Below are positions 30,101 through 42,100 of a stretch of 64,000 nucleotides of DNA, in pieces. The stretch is from an uncultured Eubacteriales bacterium (GTDB lineage: Bacteria; Bacillota; Clostridia; Oscillospirales; Oscillospiraceae). The DNA is taken from assembly GCA_905198835.1 (NCBI GenBank), contig CAJKDY010000001.1, positions 150,263 through 214,262 of the forward strand. The letters run 5' to 3'. Numbering within the stretch: position 1 is the first letter of the stretch; each line of letters starts with the position of its first letter. Under the pieces are notes generated by a model. That model saw only the letters and a program-made list of their open reading frames with translations. It had not been told where the DNA came from and did no database searches. The position numbers were made by a program, and so were the translations under genes.

Positions 30101-33100
30101 CCTGCCTACTCCGGTATGGCCGCACTGGCGGCGCCGGCGGTCAACCTCTCCACCACCGTCGCAAACGGGAAGCGGGAGTATCAATACAGCGACTATAAGA
30201 GCGTTTATCTGGCCCAATACGACCAGTATCTGGATGATTACGAGCAGTACCTGGCCGACCTGGACGCCAACGCCGGTACCGGCGGCGCCGGCGCGCCCAC
30301 CGCGCCCACCACATATCCCGGCGCCACCGCGCCGGGGAAGAAGACCATTTCCCTGAAGACGCCCTCTGCCGCGGTGAGCGCCGTTGGCGCCCATACCTGG
30401 ACTGCCGCCGCCGTGCCCACCGAGGTCCCCGCGGGCCAGAACGGCAACACCATTGAGACCCGCAGCGGCCGGACGGTCTATATCGTTTTGGAAGCCGACA
30501 GCGCCTACGAGTTGGACACCGCCAATACCGACATCTTCCAGCGCGGTCCCGCGCCGGGCTATGCCACCGGCACCCGCATCGCCTCGGCCAATCCTGTGGC
30601 CGTGCCCGGCTATCAAAACGTCTACGCCTTCACCATGCCCGACCAGGACTGCGTGGTGCGGGTGGCCTATAAGCTCCGGGGCACCCGGAAACTGAACATC
30701 ACCTATAAAAACGCCGCGGGACTGGACGACAACGAGGCCATTGTAGAGGTCTACTCCGTGGCCACGCCTCCTGCCGTCACCCCCAAGCTCAACACCATTA
30801 CCAACAAGGGCTACACCACCGGCACCCTGCCCTCCGGCGGCTCCTATGACGCCTATACCGATACCTACGTTACCGACCCCGTGGAGGACGCCTTCAAGGG
30901 CAGCACCGTCACCATCCGGGCCAAGGCCGCTGATGGGTATGAGGTTAAGAGCGTAGAGGCCAAAAACTCCGACAACACTGTCATTACCGTCACCAAGCGG
31001 CCCGCCGATGACCCCGCCGACGGCGATGTGTATACCTTTGTGATCGCCCAGGGACGGGATGACGACATCAACTTGGTCATCACCTACGGCCCGGAGGTGG
31101 ACGAGGTCTTCACCGCCACCATCGACTCTACCACCGAGGGCAGCATCGACGGCGGCAACAAGGCCACCTGGTATGTGAAAAACGGCTCTGTGGTCTCCAC
31201 CCCCAGAGTCCTTTCCGACGTTCGGCCCAGCACCCACCTGGTGGGTCACGTCACCGTGGCCCCGGGATACTACATCAAGTCGGTCACAGCGTGGGGCGCT
31301 TCGGGCAATTACCCCTATACCATCACCGGCAACGGCTACAATAACGGCTTTGGCACCGCGCTGACGGGCACCAATATCCCCATTGAGATCTACGTGGATA
31401 TGCCCCATGAGGACCTGGTCGTGGACGTGGTCTTTGCCAAGGGCCCGCCGGATCCGGCGCCGGACAACGCCCTGACGCTGATCGTCAAGGACGATGACAA
31501 CACCGAGGCCGATCCCGCCAAGGCCGCGGCCAACTGGGCCAGCGCCCGGGTCTTTGACCAGCGGCCCACCGGCCTGGCCACCGCCATCCCGGAGCAGACC
31601 CTGCCCTCTGCCGGCGCGCTGCCCGGCGACCAGCTGGGCAAAAACGCCGGCCACGGCAACGGCACCCTCACCGACCGCAAGTATGTGGAGACGGGCAAGT
31701 GGGTGCTGGTGGACTTCTCCGCGGCTGTGGTGCTAAAGCCGGACACCAGCGAGGGAGCCCCCGCCGGCGCCATGGTGGTAGACACGGAGAAGAGCTACTA
31801 TGTTTCCAGCGTCACCGTGGGTCCGGATCACCTGGGCGTGGCGCTGGTGTGGGAGGGTCCCACATCGGTGAGCTTCTATATGCCCGCCGGCTCCACCGCC
31901 GTCACCGTGGAGTTCTCCAAATACCCCGCCAACGGTCGCCTGCCCGACTATGTCCTCACCGTTCGGGAGACCTATACCGACCTGAACGCCGGCGCGCCCA
32001 CACCGCCCAACACCGACCAGTATAGCTACATCACCTCTGCCCGGTCTGCCACCATCGGCCGCTGGAGCACGCTTCCCGAGGGCGGCGTCAACGTCCCTGG
32101 CCGCGCGCTGGACTGGAACACCAACCCCGAGCTGGTGCCGCCCAAGGACGAGAAAAACGGCACCGGCGCCGCCACCGCAGGCGAAGAGGTCACGATGACC
32201 TTTGATGTGGATGAGGGCGACGGCACCGCCGCCAACCCCGGCTGGTACTACCAGTCGGTGGTGCTCATCTCCAATGGCGCGGCCACCCGTCTGAGCGACA
32301 ACGTCACTGAAAAATCCCGGACCACCAAGGTGATCGCGGGCAAGACCACCACCGTGGTGACCTACCAGGTGAAGTTCTATATGCCCGCCAGCGGCGCGGA
32401 ATTCGTAGTCAACTACCGCAAGGGGCCCAAGCCCACCATTCCTGACTACGCCTTTACCCTCATTCTCGACGACCCCCACAACGTACTGAATACCGCTACA
32501 AACATGTGGGACGAGAATAGCGTCCAGGCCTCCTTCCAGGATCCCACGGGAGCTGCCGGAAGCCACGACCCGCTGGAGGTGGGCCATAACAAGACCGCTA
32601 TGGCCGCCGTGCAGCACATCCATGCCGGGGACATCATTACCCTGAAGACCACCATTGCCGCCGGCTATTATCTGGAGTATATGATCGTCAACCCCGCGGG
32701 GCTGAAGATCTATCCGGTGTGGAGCGACGCCAACACCGCCTCCTTTACCATGCCCACAGAGGGTGTGGCCGTGGTGGCCCGGGTGGTCAAGGGCACGCCC
32801 CAGGAGTATACCGCCAACCTCATCCTCCGCTATGAAGACGAAAACGGCAACCAGATCCTGCCTGCGGGCAAGACCATTCACGACATCGGCCGGGGCACCT
32901 TTGTGATCCCCAATCCTGCCAACCCCGGCAGTACGCTGGGTAGTCTGGATGACTATGCCAGAAAGGCCGTCTATTCCACCGTTCAGCTCCCCGGGACCGA
33001 TATTCCTTACGACCTCTACGCTTTTGACGGCTATTACATCGACCGCATTACCGTAGAGCCGGTCGTTCTGGGCGTCACCGGCAGCCTCTCGGGCTCTTGC

Positions 33101-36100
33101 GGCTATCAAGACGGCGATGTGACCATGCCTCACGCCAGCATCAATGTCAACGTCTGGTTCAAGGCCGGCTGGCCCGACGAGATCCCCTATGATCTGACCA
33201 TCCGGGTCCACGACTCCTCTCTGGATCCGGGCAGAACGCCCTCGATGACCCAAAATAACTACGCCGCTTTGAGGACGGTTGCCGGACGGGCGCCCGCCCC
33301 CGTTGTGGCGTCCGGGGATAAGGACGCGGTCTACGGCGGCCAGACCAAGCGCATTGACGGCTCGGATTATATCCTGGACCGGGATACGGTCATTCTGGAC
33401 ATCCACACCATGCCCGGCTTCCATGTGGACGCCGACACCATCAAGCTCACCGACACCCGGGGGGACCCCGTCGCCTGGTGGTACGTTCCCGGCGGCATCG
33501 CCTATACCCAGCCGCCCCGGTCTGTCATTGCCGACATCACCTTTAAGCAAGGCGACCCCGCTGACAAGTATACCGCTACGCTGCACCTTTCCGGCTACAC
33601 CGCCGGCGATACCAGTTCCGAGCGGGACATCCTCAACGACTACGTTTTACTCTCCGCCCAGACAGGCAATACCCATGCCATGACCACGTCTCAGGCCGCC
33701 GGGACCACCGCGCCGCCCGCGGCGGTAAACACCGATACCGCCGTCATCACCGACCTCTACCACGGCGACGCGCTGGACCTTGCCATCCGGCCCGGCGCCG
33801 GACGGCACATCAGTTCGGTCTACGCCATCAACCGAACCACGGGAGACGTGATCCCCATCTACGGCTATGACACCACCGGGACCCTGACGGCCACGGCGGT
33901 GCAGTATGTGCCCGGTCGGGCCGGAACGCCCACCGACAACAGCACCACCCCGCCCACTCCCGCCATTCCCGGCACCCTGACCAAGGGCGCCTTCGCCATG
34001 CCCCAGAGCGATGTGGACGTGTACGTCAACTACGCCACCGGCACCATCTCCGCCACGGATATGGTGGTCAAGCTGATCGTCTCCGGCCTCACTGGTTCGG
34101 GCAGCGCCACCGCGGACATCACCGAGCCCGCCCCCAGCGCGGGCCAGAGTATGACCGTGGCCGCCGCGGGGGTGGACACCCGCTTTACCGCCCAGGGTAA
34201 TGAGGCGGTAGTCACCTTCGATCCCGCCGCCGGCTACGGTATTGCCAAGCTGGAGGTCACCAACAACGCCACCGGCGCCAGCGTGCCCTACCAGTGGATC
34301 TCCATGCTCCAGGACCCGGCCATCGTGGACAATACCGATGGCAGCGGCAATCCCCAGGATAACACCGACCTTTGGTCTGGCGTGGCCCCTGCCCCGGGCA
34401 TTACCCATCCTACCTATAAGCCCAATCCGAAAAAGCAGATCCAGCTCACCGTACCCTCCGGCGGCGTCACCATCCATGTGACCTACGCCAAGGAGTCCAC
34501 CCAGCCTTTCCGGGCCCAGGTGGTGGTCAACGATCCTCTCTCCGGCGATCCCAATAGCCGCAACAACGCCTGGCTGTCCCAGAAGGCGGGAGCGGATACG
34601 GACGACCCGGTCCAGAAAAAGCTCCAGACCGCCCTGCCCGGGGAGTGGGTGGATCTGGACATCACCGTCCATCCCGGCTACCGCATCGAGTATGTCAAGG
34701 TGGTCCCCCAGTCCTTCGGCATTGTTCCGGGCCTGCCCATAGGCACCGATATGGGCAGCGGCGTCACCTACTATCTCCACGACCAGTCCACCGGCTTCAC
34801 CATGCCCAGCGGCGATGTGACAGTCTATGTGAAGTTCGTGGCCGACGGCGTGGGCACCAAGAACGTCACCCTGGCTGTGAAGGGCGCGCCCACAGGCAAC
34901 AACGCCAACCACGCCACCATCACAAGTCCGCCCAGCGGCACCAAGGGCCCGGTGTATGTCCAGGGCAGTCCCCAGTCGGTCTCCGCCCGGCCCAAGGTGG
35001 ACTGGGTCACGGTGGACTACGAGTGGGACGTGGCTACCAGCGCGGTGGCCTCCATCACCGTCCAGACCACCTCCGACAGCGCCAATGTGCCCTTTACCCA
35101 AGTGCTTGACCCGGCCACCGGCAAGGGCAAGCTCACCTTCCCCATGATCGACGACGACGTGATCGTCACCATCACCTACAAAGACGATCCCACTCCCGTG
35201 GGCCAGCAGGTGGTGCTCCACGTCATCGACAAGGACCGTAACGCCGCCCAGGCCATCTTGCTGGACAACGATAACTACGGCCGCTTGCAGTACGCCGGCA
35301 ACGCCGCCATCGGCGCGGTTGCCGCCGACACGGGCAAGGTGGGTCTCACCCAGGCGTTGGAGGATGCGGGGACCTTTGCCGTCACCGAGACCATTTTGGT
35401 TCCCGCCGGACAGAGCGTGGACGTCACCGCCTGTTCCAACCCGACCGACCCCAATGGCCCGGTCTACATCGAATCGGCCTACGTCCTCTTTGAGCAAAAC
35501 GGCCAGATGATCCACTTCAACCTGACTCCGGACAGCCTCTTGGGCGGTACGGGGCCGGGTTACAGCGGTTTACATGACCCTGTCACCGATCCTCAGTCCT
35601 TTGTGGTCCATCCCGGCCGCAACGACGTGTATGTTACCCTGACCCGCAAAGCGCCCAGGGCCGACGAGCACGCCGCCGTGCTGATGATCCGCTCCCCCAG
35701 CACCGACACCCAGTCGGAAGCGGGCATCCACGCCGACCAGACCGTGGCCGCCTGGAACGACGCCGATCCCGCTCGTCGGGATAAGGTCCGGGCCAACGAC
35801 CCGGACGACTCCCACGCCTATGTGACCGCCACCGACGGTGAGAAGATCACCATCAGCGTAGAGCCCGCTAGCGGCTACGTGATCGACTATGTCCAGATCA
35901 CGCCGCTGGGCTTCCCGCTGGATACCGACCCGGTCTACCATTTTGACCGCACGGGCAACACCATCACTTTTGATATGCCCCATGTCAATGTGGCCGTCAC
36001 CGTCTACCTCAAGCGAGGCAGTGATACCAACTTCAAAGCCACGCTGCACTACATCCAGGATCCTGTCTGCGTGGCCCATGGCAAGCCGCCTCAGGAGGAG

Positions 36101-39100
36101 GACTACGCCAAACTGACCTGGACGCCCACAGGCGAGCCCTCTGAGAGCATCTGGGCCGACGCCAAACCGGTCGGCAATCCCGGCGCGTCCAACCGTCCCT
36201 GGGATGACGTATCCAGTATGATCGTCAAAGAGGGCAGCACCGTCACCTTGGATGTGACCTTGGACAGTAACCCCGTCAGTGGGGAGTCGGACGTGATCCT
36301 GGCCGCCTTTGTGGTGTGGAAGGACCGGGGCACCATCGTTACGCTGACGCCCAGCTATCCCGCCGGCCGGACCGTGCTGACCGGGCTGGAGGGCGTGACG
36401 GAAAGCGCTTCGGGCGCGCCGGACTTTGATAACGCTCTGGCCGACGCCACCGCCTCGTTCAAGATGCCCATGGGCGATGTGGAGGTCTATGTGGTGACCA
36501 CTACCGAGCCGCCCACCGACCCTTGGCACACCGTGGCCCTGGTGGCTACCGACCACAGCCCCACCGGCAACAACTCCGGCAACAACGAGGGCGACCTCTG
36601 GAACCACAAGGACACCACGGATAAACGCGTGGCCAAGTCTGACAATGTGCCCACCATCGCCTGGGTCACTGTCACCGAGACCGAGACCATTTCCGTCCTG
36701 CCCCGAGCCGCCGCGGGCTACCGCTTCAACGACCCGGCGGTGATGACCGGCAACGACGGCGTCACCCAGAATCTCACCACCCCCAACGGCAATTTCCTCT
36801 ACGACGTCTCCTCCATCCTCTGCAACCAGGTCATCCACATCGACTTTGAAAGCGGAGACGATCTGGAGCTCACCGTGGAGATCGAAGACCCGGATAACCC
36901 AGGCGACGGCACTGTGGAGCAGGTGGTCACCGCCGACCCGGCCGGCGCCGCGCCGCCCACCCTCCGCTTGACCTCCACCTCTGTGGCCGGGTCCTATCAG
37001 ATCATGAAGGGGGTCACCGCCGGCGGTGCTGTCCAGCTGACGGCCAAGCCCTACAAGGATGCCCAGCGGCAGTATTCCGCCTACGCCACCCTCTACTATA
37101 TCGACGGCACCAGCGACAACGTCCCCTTGACCGACGCGGATGGTGACGGCGTGTGGGAGGGCTCCTTCCCCATGCCCGCCAACAACGCCCGGGTGGTGGT
37201 CACCTTCTACGACGGCTACACCGGCACTCTCACCCTGGTCAATCGCATTACCGGCGACGCCACCGGCCAGGCCGCTATGACCGAGGACAAGCGGGGGCTG
37301 ATGCCGCTCGCCGTCCACTCCATGCGCACCACCGACTCCTTCCAGAGCCTGCCCAATGGCACCGGCCTGGACGCCTACATCACAAGCTCCATGACCGGCC
37401 GCACGGTAAAGGGGCTTTTGAAGCGCAACGGCGTCACCACCATCCTGCCCGGTACCAACACCGGCATCGTGGGCGACCCCACCCACTTCTACCACACCAT
37501 CGACCGCGCCGACGCGGAGATCATCCTGATCCTGGATAGCCCCACCGAGCACCCCGACAGCTATCTGGCTGCCGTGAACTGGGTGGGTCTGCCCGCGGGC
37601 ACCGACCATCCTGAGATCGAGGACAAGACCACCGCCGGACAGCTCCGGGGCGGGGACAACGCCTGGACCACCGCCGTCAAGGACGACACCGTGGAGGTCA
37701 CTTTGAACGTGCCCTTTGGCTACAAGGCCACCGTCCGTGCCGACGGCGCCGACGTGACCCTCAGCGCCACCGGGCCCTTTGACGGTCCTGCCAACCCCGG
37801 CGCGCCCACCACGCAGACCGTCACCTTCTCCATGCCCGCCCGGGATACGCAGATCACCGTGACCTACACCAAGACCATCTTCGACCTGACGCTCCGGGTC
37901 ATCGACACCAGCAACTCCGGCGCGAACGCCACCGCCGTCACCCCCGCCTCCGGTATCGTCTCCGGCGGGCCCAGCCTGACCGCCAATGGCCAGAGCATGA
38001 CGGTAAGAGCCGGCGGCAATGTGGACGTCTCCGCCACGCCGGCCACCGGCGCTGTGGCTCCGGCCAAGGATCCCCACGTGGTGGCCGTCTACTACCACAC
38101 CGCGTCTGGCGCCACCACCTGGCTGGAGCCCAGCGCTCTGGCTCCGGGCGCGGCGTCGGCGAAGGCCTTTACCATGCCTGAGGACGATGTGACCGTCACC
38201 GTCATCTACGACAATGACCACACCGACAAGCCTGAGGACAAATACTATATCGCCTCTGTAGAGGTGGTGGACCCGGACCACGACCCGGGCAACCGGGCCG
38301 TCAGCATCGTCAACCTCCCCGCCGCCGGCCTGCCCACGGGCAGTCCCAGCTGGGCCGCGGGCTACGGGGGCAGCGAGATGAAGGTCTCCTATGAGGCGGC
38401 AAACGGTTATTACGTCACTGTCACCGCCCGCCGGGCGGACAACGGGGCGGACATTCCCGTGCTGCAGATGGGCTCTACCGCCAACGGCACCGGCTCTGTG
38501 ACCATGCCCTGGGCCAACATCATCATTACTCTGACCTACTCCAAGGATAAGCCCGACCAGCAAAACGACGTGGCCCTCCAGCTCCTGGGCCATGAGGCCC
38601 TGGCCGCCAACGAGGCCGCCACCAGCAACTTTACCGATTCCACCCAGCTTGTGGGCCTTGCCACCAACGGCACGACCGCCAACCACGCTCCCCATGTGCC
38701 CGCCTACACCCAAAACACCGACCCCGTGGAGACGGTGCGCTCCGCCGCCAAGCTGGGCGACGATCTGCGGACTCTGGCCGGCAGTGCCGCGGGCAGCCAG
38801 GTGGTGCGTATGACGGTGGCAGTGCGCAAGGTGACAAGGGACGGCGTCACCGGCGAGGTCACAGCGGTCTCTGAGACGCCGGAGGTAGATCTGCTGGTGA
38901 GCAAGTATAACGGCTCTGCCACCTCCCGGGCCCCCGCGCCCATTACCCACAGCCCCGATGAGGAGATCGTCATCCGGGTCTACTACGGCAATATCTACAC
39001 CGCCACCTTCCACCTGGTGGGCGAGGATCCCACCGATACCCATACCGCCACCGATACCGTGGCCTACACCCATGCCTACGATTCCTCCGATGCCGCGCTG

Positions 39101-42100
39101 ACCAAGCCCATCCAGAACGACCTGGACCGCTTTGAGGGCTATCAGGGCGACGGCGCTGAGGACATCCAGACCACCGCCACCGCCGGGCCTGGCCGCAGAG
39201 TGGTAGACGTGGTGTGGGAGAGCGATCTCACCGGCGCGGCCTCCGCCACCCCGATAACGGGCACGGACCGCTATGACTTTACCATGCCCGCTGACGATGT
39301 GGACTTCTACGCCTTCTTTGAAACCGAGCCCACCGACCCCGACGAGCGCTCTTACATTGCTAAGGTGGCCTTTGACCCCGCCAGCCAGCACCGAGACAAC
39401 AGTCAAAACGCCGTCACCATTGCCAACACCACCGACACCGCCGCACCCAAGGGCAAATATTGGGTGCGGGCCAAGGACGGCGACGGCATCGAGGTCACAG
39501 TCAAGGTGGCCCAGGGCTACCAGGCCCAGATCGTCACCACCAAGATCGACGATGCCACCAAGCTGGGCGATCTGCCGGATATCAACGATGCCGGCACCCT
39601 CCGCAAGCCGCTGGCTACCGACGACTATCAGTATTACATCTCCCGCACCCAGTTTGTCTATAACCTGCCCGCGGGCAAGGAGGCCACCTTCACCATGCCC
39701 AAGGACACCGACGCCACGGTGACGGTGAAGTTCACCAAGGGCTACGACCTGTCCCTACGGGTCTCCGACGCCAGCTTGCTGGACGCCGTGGGCTTTACCA
39801 CCGAGGAGAACACGGTGGATCTGACCCACGACGCCACGGACCACCTGAAATGGAAGAACGACGTCACCACCGCTGATGCCGCCATCGCCACCGACGGCGC
39901 CTATGACCCCGATCCCTCCACCCTCCAGGACCGGCCCGGCGGCAAGCGGGTCACCACCGATGTGGGCGTCTACGACCCGGACATGAAGGTCCGCGTCACC
40001 CGTACCACGCCCTTCACCGGCACAGCCACCTTGCTCAACATCCCGCCGGACACCAACTATCCCTTTGCTATGCCCTATGAGGACACCCTGGTCAGCGTCC
40101 TGCTGCAAGACAAGGACGCCACGGACGATCTGCTGGCCAAGGTGGAGCTGAGAGGGGATAGCGACGTCACCGGCAACACAGCCACCCCGGTGGTGGACCA
40201 CGACGATCCCGCCCCGGCCACTACCACCGGCACGGTCTGGACCACCACCTCTGAGGGGAACGTCATCGACCTGACCCTCACCGTGGCCCAGGGCTATGTG
40301 GCCAAGATCAAGGTCCGCCGGGACGACAGCATCGACCCCAATGACCCCACCGACGAGAGCAAGTGGGTCTACCTGGACGCCCAGGACTACGTCTTCCAGC
40401 GGGTGTGGACCGAGGCGGACACCTCCACCGGCGCGCTGCCGGGGGCCACGGTGGAAAAGTCGGAGAATATGGTCATCGCCCACGGCGTCACCGAGGTCCA
40501 GGTGGGCTACGACCCCGCCGCCCTGCCCCAGCAGCTGTTCCCCGACTCCATTGGCGGTCAGCAGCACTTCCGCTTCGTCATGCCCAAGGACCAGACCACT
40601 CCCACCGCCGACAGCAAGACCGACGTGACCATCCTGGTGGAGTTCGTCCGGGTCAGCACCATGCCCAAGCCCTTTGACCCCCGCAATGTCAACGCAACCG
40701 TCCGGGGCGTGACCTATGACCACCAGCCCAGTTTCCTGGAGGAGGGCTTCATCTACGGGGAAAACCGGGGCGATTACGCCGTGGTGGAGATCCCCACCCT
40801 GGCCATGGACGAGGATGGCGTAGGCAAGCACCTCTATGACACCGATAACTATGACGAGCCCGCCTCCGGCGATCCCAAGGACAAAAAGCCCGTCATGGAC
40901 ATCAAGCGTTTTACCTTCGCCCTGCGCACCGTCTCTTCCGGCGGCGCGGTGAGCTACCAGCGTCTGGATCTGGACACCGATGTGATCCTGGTGCCCTGGA
41001 GGGAAGACGAGCTACTAGATCCGGCCGATCCCTACAACTACTATGTGGGCGAGGACCAGGGCATGTGGTCCAGCGACGACTCCCGCTACTGGCAGACCAA
41101 CGCTGCGGATAAGGGCACGGATCACGACTTTGTGGGCTCCAAGTTCAAGCTCTATCCCGCCGAGCCCAACCCCAAGACCGGCCTGCGTACCGCCGGGGCC
41201 CAGGCCCTCTACGATATGCTCAATAACAATGGCTCCTTGGAGACCTACACCGCTCCCGACCCCGCCGACGCAACCAAGACCGTTACCAAGTACCGCACCC
41301 AACTGATGGTCCGGGCCGAGGACGCCGCCAACCAAAGCGAATATACCGAGGTCTGGATCCGCCCGTGGTTTGCCCTGGGCGTGAAGGTCAACTCCTACGG
41401 CCCCACCCATCCCGTGGAGGGCAAGCTCTACCGGCTGATGACCGAGCATGAGTTGAACGTGGCCAACGGCTACTGGGATGAGGACGAGAATGTCCTGCCT
41501 ACCACCACCCTCACCGCCCCGGAGACGCCGGACGCGGACAACTTCCAGCACTATAAGTGGGACGACGACGCCGAGCCCACCTTGGAGGACTCGGTGGTGC
41601 TGGAGGGCGAGGGCCAGGGCAAGTGGCTGCAGATCCTGCGCATGCGCTCTTCCGAGCTGCTGGGCGGCTTCACCAGCGCCTATGATCCCAGAGAGCAGGT
41701 CTCCGACCCGGCCAAGGCTGACGACCGCACGCTGCTGGATAACGTCAGCGCCGGGCAGGACCTGATGTACGCCCTGGAGATCGGCAAGACCTCCAACCTG
41801 ACCTACACCCGTATCAAGCTGGACCTGGATCCCCACAGCGCCGCCTACGCCGCGCCCAATGCGCCGCTGACGGACTACTACGAGGAGATAAACGGCAAGA
41901 GCGACTACACCACCCGTACCTTCATGCTTCAGGATACCGTTCAGCTCATCGCCGGCGACGTGGACCAAAACGGCGCTACCAAGGTCCAGGACTATGACGC
42001 GGTCTACGACTTTGTCTACCGCTCCAAGAAGTGGACCGACGTGAAGACCGAGCCCGTGGAGCCTGCCACCGGACCTGACGCGGCCTACGCCGCGGCCATG

